DNA of 64,000 bases. Source: the human T2T-CHM13v2.0 reference genome, Homo sapiens. The notes below the pieces were generated by a model. That model worked only from the letters and a program-made list of their open reading frames with translations, was not told where the DNA came from and did not search any database. The stretch lies in assembly GCF_009914755.1 (NCBI RefSeq), contig NC_060925.1; one strand, given 5' to 3'. Both the position numbers and the translations under genes were made by a program. Below are positions 1-13,617 of the stretch, in pieces; position 1 is the first letter of the stretch; each line of letters opens with the position of its first letter.

Positions 1-299
1 GTCAGCAATTGCTATAAAGAAACAGGTTCAAGAGACCAGTTGACCTGGGCTTATCTGCGCTTTCCAAGAAACTTTTGCCTTCAGATTCAATACTGGATTC
101 AATACTTTACATTTTTCTTTGGTGGGAGGGAGGCAAAGGAGAAATAATATCAGAGATCCTGGAAAATTTTAAGATGCACATACTTTTGCAAAGTTAGTAT
201 TGATTAGAATAAGAATGGAATTTATAATTGCAAATAGGCAGGTAATGAAGCATATTTTCAAATTGTTTCTCATTTAAAGTAAAAAACTTGTTCTTTCAG

Positions 300-357
300 C
301 GCCCTTTGGCTCTGGGAGCTGATATTTCTATGTATTCTGCAACAAAATACATGAATG
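300..357 (+). CDS. CTH: Cystathionine gamma-lyase coding exon (exon 6): RPLALGADISMYSATKYMN-G, containing the PLP-binding Lys212
   Basis: ttctttcag acceptor at 291-299 and G|gtaaga donor; SATKYMNG is the Cys/Met-metabolism PLP-lysine motif; 58 nt. Confidence 0.97.
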
Positions 358-822
358 GTAAGATGCATACTTTGAATGTTCTTTTTCATGGATAGGTGAA
401 AATTGCATAGGGCTTGGCTTTTGATCCCTTTTCTTTGATTATTTTGTAGATTATTTCCTGTGACTCATAGAGAGAGTAAAAAAAAAAATCCTTTGATTAA
501 ATGTAGGATTTCATTAACAGTACACAAAACTATGCTCATGATTTATGAGAAGAGGATTAAAGTTGGCCATAAAAAGTTATGCTTTTATCTTGCTGACACC
601 TTAAAGAAACATTTTGTTTTTATATAATTTTTATTTTCTTGTTTTAGACATAGCTTTTGCTACTGTCCAGTTGAATAAAGGTTACTTAAACTTATTTTAT
701 AGAGCTTTTTCCCTGAGAGTTTTTTCAAGTGAAAATCACATTTTGAAAATTATAAAATAAAGAGTAAACATAAATTGTTTCTAACTGAAATTTTTGTTTG
801 TTTGTTTGTTTTTTGTTTTTAG

Positions 823-900
823 GCCACAGTGATGTTGTAATGGGCCTGGTGTCTGTTAATTGTGAAAGCCTTCATAATAGACTTCGTTTCTTGCAAAACT
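823..900 (+). CDS. CTH: CTH coding exon (exon 7): G-HSDVVMGLVSVNCESLHNRLRFLQN-S
   Basis: Poly-T tract plus AG at 821-822; donor gtaagt at 901; continues the frame NG/HSDV; 78 nt. Confidence 0.97.
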
Positions 901-1014
901 GTAAGTATTAAAAAGTGCAGGTTCCCTATGACACTCTCAGTGACTACATTTGATATTTGTATTTCCACTAAGTGATGTGAAGTGATGGCATTCTAATAAT
1001 TTATGAAGAAATGA

Positions 1015-1702
<688 letters not shown>

Positions 1703-2588
1703 CGGTTATAGCATAGCAAGGCTTTATGATATGATATAAGAAATGAGTTTTTTTATTTTCATGTCCATCTTAATTATAATCATAATTTGATAAAGCCCTA
1801 GTGAATTTTTAGTTTCAAGACTTAATGGTTTTTTTTTCTTTTTTAAAATTACATTTGAAATGAGGGCTTTCATATACTATACCTTTTATATCACGAATGA
1901 TGGTTAATTTTAAATAGCACTTACAGTATAAACTTACATTTTTCAATAGATGTCTAAACACCATTTCCTATTTACATTGCTTAGTTTATCTCCAGTATAG
2001 TTAAAGATTAAGCCATTGTAACTTGACAGGTAAAATATAAACATGATTAGGAATAAAAATGTCCTCCACAAGGGAAACTGAAACTTATTGCTTGATAAGT
2101 GTCCTTTGGTTTATAAAAAGTAGAAATGAAGTATATATCCTGGAGGCATGTGAAATCATTGACCGCTTTGCACAAAGGCTAAATAGAATATTAGTAGAAT
2201 ATTCAGTAATAATAGGACTTGAACTGCTGTTTTTCTCTGTATGTTAAAATAATTTTTCAAAGAAATACAAGGTTAGGCTATGAACAATTTATGATTTTAT
2301 TAAAATCATAGAAAGGACTACTTATCTTCATATTTGAGAAGTTTATATCATTGTGCTTTTACTTAGTTTTCAGCATATTTGCTTCCCCTCATTTTAAAGT
2401 AAATTTCTCTAAGCATATTCTATGCTTTGTTCTTCTGCTTCTGATTTGATATATTATTTTCCTCCTAGAACTCAAACATTGAGCTTTACACCTAGCTTCT
2501 GAGAGTCACTGTAATGGAAAAGAGAAGCCAGATAATTTCTTGGCCATACCCTGCCTTCAAACTTATCCAGGATGTGTTCATTTTGCAG

Positions 2589-2741
2589 CTCTTGGAGCAG
2601 TTCCATCTCCTATTGATTGTTACCTCTGCAATCGAGGTCTGAAGACTCTACATGTCCGAATGGAAAAGCATTTCAAAAACGGAATGGCAGTTGCCCAGTT
2701 CCTGGAATCTAATCCTTGGGTAGAAAAGGTTATTTATCCTG
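2589..2741 (+). CDS. CTH: CTH coding exon (exon 8): S-LGAVPSPIDCYLCNRGLKTLHVRMEKHFKNGMAVAQFLESNPWVEKVIYP-G
   Basis: ttttgcag acceptor, gtatgt donor; RGLKTL and VIYPGL family motifs; C252xxC255; 153 nt. Confidence 0.97.
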
Positions 2742-3142
2742 GTATGTTAATTTGATTTCTAAGCAGATCTACTAGGATTTCAGCAGTTATCCTGAGCATC
2801 GTGTTTATGTAACATTTATTTGTAAGTTAGGTGCTTTCACGTATTGTTTTTGTTCATTTATTATTGAGCACTGCCATGTGTCAGGCTCTGTGGTGGGTCA
2901 GGTGGAAAGAAGATAGACCTGGTCTCTACTGTTGTATTGCCTCTAGTTTAGTGGATGCTTGGATAGTAGAAAATCAGTTTTATGCATTAGTTGTTCCTGT
3001 GGTGGTCTGTGATTTGAAGGCTTGTGTATACCTATTCAAAGATTTTAACATTAGACTTTTCAGTTGATTTGCTTATAATCTTGTCTGTCTGCTATTCAGC
3101 ATTAGCTGTCACTTTAATCTGATAGAGGTTTGTCCCAGTTGA

Positions 3143-3549
<407 letters not shown>

Positions 3550-3898
3550 TAGAAAGTCTTCTGTGGAGTTGGCTGACTTACATCTTACTTTTTGAATTTA
3601 TTTTTACCAGTCTTTTAAGCTGTGGTGGTCCTAAGTAGTTCTTTTCTTTTTAGATCCTTTTGAGGGTTCTAGCATCTAGAATATATAGAAAAATTAAGAC
3701 TGGAATTTCACTAGGAAATTCACAAGGAATTTAGAGAAACCAAAGCGAAATACATATGAAACTAAATGCCCTAAAGGTACTTTAGGTAAAGAGCTGTTGA
3801 TTGATATATATTTTGGATGGAGGGAGAGAGAAGAGTTTTGAGCTATGCCATGAAGAATGGGCAGCATTGGTTAAAAGGGCATAGACAAGGTATTGGAG

Positions 3899-4240
3899 AT
3901 TTATTCAAGAAATTTTTATTAAACGCCAGCTATGAGCCAGGCTTTGCACTAGGAACTGGGATCCAATTAGTAACAAAAGAAATGGATTTGCCCTCATGGA
4001 GCAACTCTGGTGGCTAAGACAGATACTAAGCAAGAAATTACAGGATATAATTAACAAGGGAAGTCCAGGTTGAAGGGACAGCATGTGCAAAGGTCCTGAG
4101 ATGAAAGGGAGTGCAGTGGTGCTGGCATAAAGAAAGCTGAAGAGGGTAGAAAAGATGAGGCAACATGAAGCTGGAGAGATAGGGGCCCAAGCAAGTAGTC
4201 AGATGTGAGCATGGCATAATCCTCGTCTTAGGCTTATTTG
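3899..4240 (-). mobile_element. L2 fragment
   Basis: tttattaaacgccagctatgagccaggctttgcactagg...gccctcatggagc resembles a reverse L2 3' end. Confidence 0.65.
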
Positions 4241-4332
4241 CAGTTAAGTAGACAGTGAAAAATACCACCCTCCCCCCCCAAAAATTACATGTTTAATTCT
4301 AAAATAAGACTTATGATACCTTATGATTACAG

Positions 4333-4454
4333 GGCTGCCCTCTCATCCACAGCATGAGTTGGTGAAGCGTCAGTGTACAGGTTGTACAGGGATGGTCACC
4401 TTTTATATTAAGGGCACTCTTCAGCATGCTGAGATTTTCCTCAAGAACCTAAAG
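4333..4454 (+). CDS. CTH: CTH coding exon (exon 9): G-LPSHPQHELVKRQCTGCTGMVTFYIKGTLQHAEIFLKNLK
   Basis: ttacag acceptor, AAG|gtaaac donor; GLPSHPQH motif; C307xxC310; 122 nt. Confidence 0.97.
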
Positions 4455-5251
4455 GTAAACTTACAAAATAGGTTTAAAATTGTAGGAGGTAAGGCCTTAC
4501 AGCAGTTCACTATCTCTCACTTCTACTCAAGCCAGATAATGTTTTTGTATCTGCAGGTTACACTCATAAACCTCTTTATCATGAAATGCATTGGGTTGAA
4601 AACAACTTAAACAACAATGTAGCAGACATCTAAATATGTTCACTTACTTAACTCTCCACATACTACAATCAGTTTGGAGACACAGAGTATTCTAATGCAT
4701 TTATTTAAAAGTGAACCCCTTTTTTCAGATGAAATAGGTAAAACCTCGAAGTAGTGTGCAGTTAGTGCACTGCACAAGGGCTGTTCTAAAATCCATCCTG
4801 TGAATGGCTTTCCAAACCCTGTGCCTCCTAAGCTGCATCTGACTGGGGTGAGGCCTTTGTCTAATTTTCAAAAAGCCAGGAGGAGGCTCTCAGGGGCCTT
4901 GAGCAAGAGGCCTGTCCAACTCCATACACTGGGCTTAACCTTGAGCTCATGCAGTTTATATACTACAGAATAGATTAACAGAAAGCTGCCAGATTAGTCA
5001 AAGTGTTCCTGGTGTCACCTTAATTTAATACATTTACCAAAGTAACTTTTAAAACATTTGTAAAGTTTTATGACACTATCACACTCAACATAAAAACAGT
5101 GGTTTTTTTTTTTTCCCCTATTCCAGCAGGGATTTAAAGGATGTATTTCATAAGTGATATATATTAACAAGGAAGTATGTATAACTTGGGAAGCATTTAG
5201 AGATTTTTTTATTTAAGTGGTAACCACAGAGCAAAGTCTCAAATGCAATAA

Positions 5252-5557
5252 TTTTTTTTTTTTTTTTTTTTTTTTTTTAGGCAGAGTTTCACTCTTTTGC
5301 CCAGACTGGAGTTCAGTGGCATGATCTCGGCTCACTGCAACCTCCACCTCCTGGGTTGAAGTGATACTCCTGCTTCAGCCTTCCAGGTAGCTGGGATTAC
5401 AGGTGCGTGCCACCATGCTCAGCTAATTTTTGTATTTTTAGTAGAGACGGGGTTTCACTAGTTGGCCAGGCTGGTCTCGAACTCCTGACCTCGGTGATCC
5501 GCCTGACTTGGCCTCCCAAAGTGCTGGGATTACAGGCATGAGCCACTGTGCCTGGCC
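5252..5557 (-). mobile_element. AluS, antisense, CTH intron 9
   Basis: Long poly-T and full dimer. Confidence 0.95.
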
Positions 5558-5631
5558 TAAAAACATTTATTTTTAGATTTTAGTATTTTTATTTTACTAG
5601 AAAATCTAAATTCATGTTTTCTTTGCTATAG

Positions 5632-5684
5632 CTATTTACTCTGGCCGAGAGCTTGGGAGGATTCGAAAGCCTTGCTGAGCTTCC
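5632..5684 (+). CDS. CTH: CTH coding exon (exon 10): LFTLAESLGGFESLAEL-P
   Basis: ctttgctatag acceptor, gtaagt donor; conserved AESLGG motif (E339); 53 nt; too short for the ORF track. Confidence 0.97.
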
Positions 5685-6539
5685 GTAAGTATAGTTCTGT
5701 TTTTCTCAGTATTTTAAATTTGATGTCAGCTTTAATGATTGGGAAAGAAATATGATAAGGTCAGGGATAATTCAAGATATTTAACAATAAGAATAGCAGG
5801 ACATTAATCAGAATGGACTCTAACCCTGTCAAGATGGAGACCCTGATAAAATCTCATGGAGGGCTTCTTGTTAGTGAGCGGTGTCCTCCCAAATGTTGCT
5901 TCCTTCCCTGCTCTGTCAAAAAGAGATTCCAGCAGTAACTGTATTCTAGGATCTCTGATCTCTGACCTCTAAGCAAGGGCCACATGTTCTACCCTACTCA
6001 GCCTTAGAGGGGATTGGAGACTTTGTACTAGAAAAGCTGTTTTCAAGGCTCTTTGGGAAACAGAAAATGTGTCTCTGATGAAACTCCTCCATGCCCTTGA
6101 TTGTTGGAGAACAGCCCTACTAGATACTGTCAAATCTTTTGTTTTCTGTTCTCTGTAGGATAAACCTTTAATGTCTTCATGTTGTGTACAAGATAAATCC
6201 AAACCCTAACTTGGTACCAGGCCCTTCAGTATCTAACCCAATCAATTCATCTAGTTTTTTCAAAGCATCAGAGGATATTGGTACAAGAAGCAGTCTAAGA
6301 TCATACAGTCCAGCAGCTTATTTTACAGGCAAGGAAACAAAGATCCAGAAAGTTGAGCTGATTGACTCAAGTGTCACACAGGAACGTGTTCGCAGCTTCA
6401 CTCTTGGATTTGCATCAGAAACAGTGAGGGGAGGTAAAAGGTGCTTGGATCTAGATTTGAGATCTGCTTCCACCAATTAGTTAACCTTTAAACTTCCATT
6501 TTTTAACACATAAAATGAGATTAATAATTAATGATTTTC

Positions 6540-6860
6540 GGCCTGGTGCAATGGCTGACGCCTGCAATTCCAGTACTTTGGGAGGCCGAGGTGGGCCACT
6601 TGAGGTCAGGAGTTCAAGACCAGCCTGGCCAACATGGTGAAACCCTGTCTCTCCTAAAAAAAAAAAAATTATCCGGGTGTGGTGGTGTACACCTATAATC
6701 CCAGTTACTTGGGTGGCTAAGGCACGAGAATCGCTTGAACCCAAGTGATGGAGGTTGCAGTGAGCCGAGGTTGCAGCAAGCCAAGATCGCACCACTGCAC
6801 TCCAGCCTGGGTGATGCAGCGAGACTCTGTCTCAAAAAAGAACCAAAACAACAACAAAAA
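6540..6860 (+). mobile_element. AluS, CTH intron 10, with a short internal tandem duplication
   Basis: Full dimer; gaggttgcag(t/c)(g/a)agcc duplicated; TSD aattaatgatt. Confidence 0.93.
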
Positions 6861-7594
6861 ATTAATGATTATCATTTATTGATTACCTGTCCCCCCAAGC
6901 ATTCCTGATATATATATTACCTTTATTATATGCTACTATGACCATATGTTGTAATTACTGCAGGGTTAAGTCAACATCATAACCTAACTATTTTTAACTG
7001 TACTAAATGTATACGGTGTATTTCTGTGTCTTCATTTTTATAAACATTTATGGAATAACTTGTTTTGCAAGCATTGTGTGGAGAAATATCAGGTCCCACC
7101 AAAGTTTAGGCCTATTTTCTGTCTTTGTATAGGAGTTTACAGTTAGACCAAAAGTCAGGCAGTCTCACCAAGTTAAAAAAAAAAAAAAGATGTCTAAATA
7201 ATGACTTGAAATAATTCATGTAACGCAGATTTTTGTTAGTCTTTCCGGAAGATGCCTGCTAGTAAGTTTGGATGCACAAGAGGGCACACTCAGCATGTGA
7301 AATGGGTTTGTTTTTCACAGTAATGAAATGTGTATTACGTTAAGACTCTCTTGTTTAAAAAATTGTCTTAAAATAAATCTCTCCTGATTTATTTAGGGAT
7401 TTTTGTTTAAAGTTGCTTGGCCCCCAGACACTCTGGTTTAGGCTATAACCCCGATGCCAGAGGATGAGTGGATTTAGGTCAGGGCTTGTCTGTTCTATCA
7501 CCCTTCATTCTGTGTCTCCCAACTCTGCTGCTACTAGTGCAGCATTGCAATATGGGAGGAAGGAAGTGAAGCTAATGTGTATTAGCTTAGTCTC

Positions 7595-8120
7595 CCAGCC
7601 TCACAACACATGTAACTCTGTGACCTTAGAAAAGTTACTCATCCTCCCTAAATCTCAATTTCCTCAATTTTAAAATGTGGACAACACTCTACATAGCTCT
7701 TAGGTTTGTTGCGAGAACATGGGGAAAAAAATCCCTAAGCTAATGCCTTCGTTCATACTAAGTACCCAATAAACGTTAGCACCTACTATGAACTATTATC
7801 TTTTATTAGACATCTCTACTACATTCCAAGTGCTTAGAAGTGCTTTATACATGTTCCTTCAAATTAATGTCTGTGACAAACCTTTAAGACAGGTGTTATA
7901 TCCAATTTTTATTCATTAAAAAAATGAATTAATGCACACAAACCACCTAGTAGAGTATCTGTCTCATGGTAAGCACACAGTAGATGCATCTATTATTATT
8001 TCAGATAAGGAAATAGGCACTGAGGATGAGTAACTTTTATAAGGCCACATAGGCAGTATGTGGAAGGGCTAAGATTCATACCCAAGTTTGTTGGTCTCTG
8101 AGACCTGAGTTCTTATTTCT
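7595..8120. mobile_element. MIR relics in both orientations
   Basis: ctgtgaccttagaaaagttact...tctcaatttcctca core on +; cagataaggaaat...gtaact...aaggccacata on -. Confidence 0.65.
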
Positions 8121-9152
8121 ACATGTACACACTCTTTTAAGGAATTACGAGTCTCCCAGGGCAGAACATTTTAAGATGGATGTTTGTATCTAAACAACAC
8201 TTTAGTAAAGTGACAAAGGAAGATATCCATCACTCAGACCACAGCTGAGATTTTTTTTTCCCCATGGCTCTCATGTAAGAGAGGAGAAAGCAGCTTAGGT
8301 ATTGATTTTGCTGGTGGTGTGCAGGGAAAGGAAGAGTGTTGGTTGTAATACACATACTGGGGTTAAGTAAGATGCTAAACCTCTCCTCCATTATTCTTCA
8401 CAGAAATTTCTCCTTCCCTGGAACTTGGCAGTCTTTTTGTCTATACTTGTTTGGCATTGTTTATATAGACTATTTTGTTTTGTGAATTGTCATCGCTTTT
8501 ACCTCCTGCTTTGTTATTTAGGTTAAAGAAAATATCTCATTCTTCTTGGTTTCCCAATTTTTACTGCAGTGCTTGACATATTATGGGTGGTTTTCCTTTA
8601 CATCTGTTGATGATGGTAATGGGCTGCTAGATCGTTTGAAAAATCCTTCCAGGCCTCTATGCCAGGAGTTATATTGTGGAATTCTGAATGCTTACTGGTT
8701 GCTACTAGTGATTCTTGGTCATCTTTCTCCGATGTGCCTCAGAAGGTCTAGCTCTGGATTGATCCAGAGGAAACTAATTATGACAGGCTCTTGGTCCAAG
8801 AGACCTCTTATAAGTAGCAATCCAGTAGGTTGGTCATGGAGTACATGATTTCTGGCCAAACTTCATTTAGGCAGGTATTAAAATATACACATTGGGGAGG
8901 CTATGCCTTACCCTACTGCATGGGGGTACTTGACACACACTTTCAGTATTTGGATTGAGCATATCTTACCAATGGTATAAACAGGATAAAAACAATCTTG
9001 CTTTTCATTTAAAATCATAGCTAGAAGAGATAAGTTTCGTAATTTTCTCTTTTTTTGCCTGTGAATTATAGGGGTATGCAAAATTTGATATTTGGACCAG
9101 AAAAATGTTGAGGGTAATTGCAGTTTATGAGACAGAAACATGCCTCCACTGA

Positions 9153-9440
<288 letters not shown>

Positions 9441-9610
9441 TAAAGCTTTTCTGTTCCTGTAATAGACCAGGTGTATAAATAAACGTATAGGGAGCTCAGT
9501 CAAAGTGCATATTTAAAGGATGGTAGTATTCAGAAAAAGGACTTCTTGAGGAGTTGAAGCTATGGCCTATATGTTTAATAACATATTTTTCTTGTGCACT
9601 GTTATTATAG

Positions 9611-9637
9611 CACCCTCCAAGTGGAATTCACAGCTAG
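9611..9637 (+). CDS. CTH: CTH terminal coding exon (exon 12): HPPSGIHS-stop (Ile403 allele)
   Basis: ttattatag acceptor; CAC CCT CCA AGT GGA ATT CAC AGC TAG in phase with exon 11. Confidence 0.95.
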   Translation, partial: HPPSGIHS

Positions 9638-10069
9638 TATTCCAGAGCTGCTATTAGAAGCTGCTTCCTGTGAAGATCAAATCTTCCTGAGTAATTAAAT
9701 GGACCAACAATGAGCCTTTGCAAAATTTTCAAGCGGAAATTTTAAGGCACCTCATTATCTTTCATAACTGTAATTTTCTTAGGGATCATCTCTGTTAAAA
9801 AGTTTTCTGTATGTCATGTTATAATTACAGGTCAATTCTGTTAATATCTTTTTGTTAATTTTGCTCTATGTTTGCCTCTGAAGGAGGTGAGATTTGTGCT
9901 ACTTTGGGAGATTATGTTCTTTTTTCATGTCTAAGATTTATTTTGATCATGTTTATAATATAATGGTAATTCATTTTTGATGTTTTGTGAAGAATTTAAA
10001 TTTAAACGAATGTTCTTAAATCAAGTGTGATTTTTTTGCATATCATTGAAAAGAACATTAAAAGCAATG

Positions 10070-10076
10070 GTTTACA
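10070..10076 (+). promoter_or_regulatory. Candidate miR-30 family 7mer-A1 site (GTTTACA) in the CTH 3'UTR
   Basis: Exact seed match; I recall miR-30 regulation of CSE being reported, but use of this particular site is inferred. Confidence 0.4.
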
Positions 10077-10164
10077 CTTAGTTACCATAAGCCGAAAATC
10101 AAATACTTGAAAAGTTTACTGTGAAATTCTACTGATTTAAGACTATACTTAATATTTTTAAAAA

Positions 10165-10170
10165 AATAAA
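10165..10170 (+). terminator. Candidate polyadenylation signal AATAAA
   Basis: Canonical hexamer in the 3'UTR, immediately upstream of an AluY. Confidence 0.5.
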
Positions 10171-10172
10171 TC

Positions 10173-10503
<331 letters not shown>

Positions 10504-10771
10504 CTACATTATGTGACATTAACCTATATTCCTGGGTCCTTTTAATTCCCAACTACTGCTCTTAGAGGTCTTAGCCTTTTATGTTAATTTTTATAAATTC
10601 AATTAAATAAATATTATTCCCAAATCTTAGTGTTTGCAGATTAGTTATAAATCCTATCCAAGGTAGGTTAAAGGCCACCGTTTTACAGATAAATAGTACT
10701 TTTTATATTTTTATCTGAAATAGTGCATTTGTTGAGAATAAAAGAAGGTATGTTTAAAAATAGAATCTTTT

Positions 10772-10921
10772 GGGCCTGGTGGTACGCCCTTGTAGTCCTA
10801 GCTACTTGGGCAGCTGAGGTGGAGGATCTCCTTGAGCCTAGGAGTTCCAGACTGCACTGGCGTCACTGCACTCCAGCCTGGGCGACAGAATGAGACCCTG
10901 TCTCTAAAAAAAATAATAAAA
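10772..10921 (+). mobile_element. Alu monomer (FRAM/FAM-like)
   Basis: Single arm with A tail; imperfect TSD aaaataga..tttt. Confidence 0.8.
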
Positions 10922-11267
10922 TAGACTATTTTATAGTTGAATGTATAGTTAGCAAGTTATCATCTGAGCCATAAGTCAAAAATTAAATCTTAAAAATTGT
11001 TTTTATACTAAAGGTTTTTCATCTTATAATATATCTTGATATTGCCATTTGTTTCGGTTAAAATAATATCATACAGCCTGATGAATAACAGTGCTGTTTA
11101 GGAGGAGAATACATAAAAATATACATTCTTCTATATTATCCACACTCTTGAGTTATACCTATTGAGTCTGGAAATTCTGTCTCTAGAGGCAGTAGCATTT
11201 TGAGGCAGGTCCTATCTCACTATGGTTTCTGCCAGAACTGATTTCTTGCCATCTCAAGGCCTTAGGG

Positions 11268-12250
11268 CTGTGGAAATAAATGATCAACCAAATGAGAAAA
11301 GGAAAGGCTATTCTTAGCTTACTATAGCAAGGGAGTTAGCCACCATCACCTGGGTTTTGGCAGAAAGTCAAAGGCGGGCAGATGGGTGGAAAAGTTTTAT
11401 AGCAGAAAAAAGGGAAGCCTTCAGATATGCCCTGGTTGAAGACTGTTGGCATAGGGAAGCCAGAAGCAGGTTGACTGGAGTCAGTGTTTCACAGTGGGCA
11501 GGTCTGTGTAATCCTACATCAAAGTCTAAGGAAGTTGAGAGGCCAAAGAGGCACCCAGTTTCTTAGAAAGAAACATTTAATAGGGATTTAGGAACAGAAG
11601 CCGTGACTATATCTTGGGCAGTGATGAGGCAAGTTGGTGGATCCCAGCATAATTACCCCCAAGACCTGGGACTTTTATGCCATAGGGAGAGGAGTGGTTG
11701 AAAAGGAATTTGTAAGACAATTATGATAACATCAAAGCTGTTTGACCTAAGGGCAGGATTTACTGTATGTATGAGTTTATCAAGGTGTCTTACTCTAAGG
11801 GCAGGATTTACAATAAGTACCTGCTCTTAAACAAGGTTCAAATAGATAAATTGGAATGAGGGTTAATCAGAAGCTAACAGGGCAGATTAGCATCCAAGAT
11901 GGAGTTGCTTTGGCCTCTAGATGGGGCATCCTGTGCAATTTGCTAAGGTGCTTATTTGGCTTTCTCTGGTCCTAAGTTGGAAGCAGGGGCAAAATTAAAG
12001 AAACTGTCATTCATTCATTTCCTGACGATTCTGGGCCAATTGTTACACAAGTTATTGTTTAGCTTCCTGGATTGTCACTAAAGAAAGCAATCTGGTTTCC
12101 TGCAATTCTGACTTACAGCAGGCTGATCTCCTGGGTTGTTTATTGTTGATGAGGGTGTTGGTTTCTCGGGCAGCTTGCTGCAGGTTGTGGGTCGAATTTC
12201 TAATTTTACATATGGCATGGCCACTGTCCATTTCTATATTCAGTCTCTTA
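11268..12250 (-). mobile_element. ERV1-class LTR sequence, probably two nested LTRs (family not resolved)
   Basis: MER4-group-like motifs such as catccaagatggagttgctttggcct and acatttaataggga. Confidence 0.45.
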
Positions 12251-12282
12251 GGGCTTCTGGTGAGCAGTAAGTAACTACCATC

Positions 12283-12715
12283 GTGTTAGTCAAGGTTCTC
12301 CAGACTAACAGAGCCAGTAGGGCCTGTGCGTGTGTGTGTGTGTATAGAGAAAAATAGAGAGATAGAGATTTATTTTAAGAAATGGCTCATGTGATTGTGA
12401 GGCTGGCAAGTCTAAACTCTATTGTAGTCTTGAGTTTGAAATTTGCAGGGCAGACCATTCAGCTGAAAATACAGGCAGAGATTCTGTGATGCAGTTTTGA
12501 GGCAGAATAGCTTTCTTTAGGGAAACCTTAGTCTTTGCTCTTAAGGCCTTCAACTGATTGCATGAAACTCATCCACATTATAGAGATTAATCTCCTTTGC
12601 TCGAAGTCTATTTAAATATTAGTCACATCTAAAACATACTTTTACAGCAACATCTAGACTGGTGTTTGACCAAACAACTGGGCATCATAGCTGACACATA
12701 AAATTAACCATCACA
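12283..12715 (-). mobile_element. MLT2 (ERVL) LTR
   Basis: tgttagtcaaggttctccaga...gatttattttaagaaatggctcatgtgattgtg...cataaaattaaccatcaca. Confidence 0.85.
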
Positions 12716-13559
12716 ACCATGTTCTAGGCACTGTTCCTCACTGCCTGAGAAGACACCGTTATGTTTATTAGGGTTTTTGAGTTTTATCCACAGCTTTTGG
12801 TTATCTGCAACCATGTCTCCCACCATTAACATAGTTCACACTGAGATGAGGATTCCCTATTTAACACTTGGTCCCAACTTCTTCACAGTCCATCTGGTTT
12901 TGTAGAGGGAACATAACTGGACATTCTGGTCAGGTTAGGTGAGGTCAGGCCTTCAGGACGCTATTTTCACTGAGTTGCTTTATAAGGCACATTATGCAAA
13001 ATTCCATCAGCTCTTCTGTTCACTACATTCACTGTTGAAATTCTAAGAGTGAGACTGCTGTCTCACACCAAAGCCAGTGGGTACTATCTTCAGTAGGCAC
13101 GCAGCATCATGTTTGTATTTGATCCAGCTAGATGACATGTAAGAGAAAACTTTATTGTGGACTCTGTAAAGTGTGACATTCGTTTGTGACTCAATTTGCT
13201 CATGTATTTGTTCCTGGGAGTTCATTACATAGCTAACTTCCAGCTGCTTTCAATTTACATCATAAAAGAAATGCATCATATTCTTCTCAGTGTCCTGGTA
13301 GTGCATTTTCCTTTAGTTTTTCAGTGAATTCTGTTGTAAGTAAAATGGATAAGATTGTTCATTATTTTGGATTATTTTGCTGAAGATGACCAGCTCTGAG
13401 ATGTGAGGAGTAAATAAGAAAGTAACAGTAGAATCTGGAATATCTTTTAAAAATTAAGACATCATTTTTAACAGCAGAGTAGCCTTAAATGACCTGATTC
13501 CACAGAGGAGCCAGGAAACAGTATGAAACTACAAATTTATTTTGTAGAAATATGGAAAC

Positions 13560-13617
13560 CTTAATACTATTAAGATGCAAATCTTAATACTATTAAGATG
13601 CAAATCTTAATAGTATT
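13560..13617. repeat. 2.5 copies of a 23-bp tandem repeat forming palindromes
   Basis: cttaatactattaagatgcaaat x2 followed by cttaatagtatt. Confidence 0.95.

Larger units (their letters stand above)
9638..10172 (+). other. CTH: CTH 3'UTR (proximal part; the true 3' end is uncertain)
   Basis: AU-rich sequence after the TAG; candidate poly(A) signals ATTAAA 10057-10062 and AATAAA 10165-10170; further AATAAA at 10606 and 10737. Confidence 0.75.
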
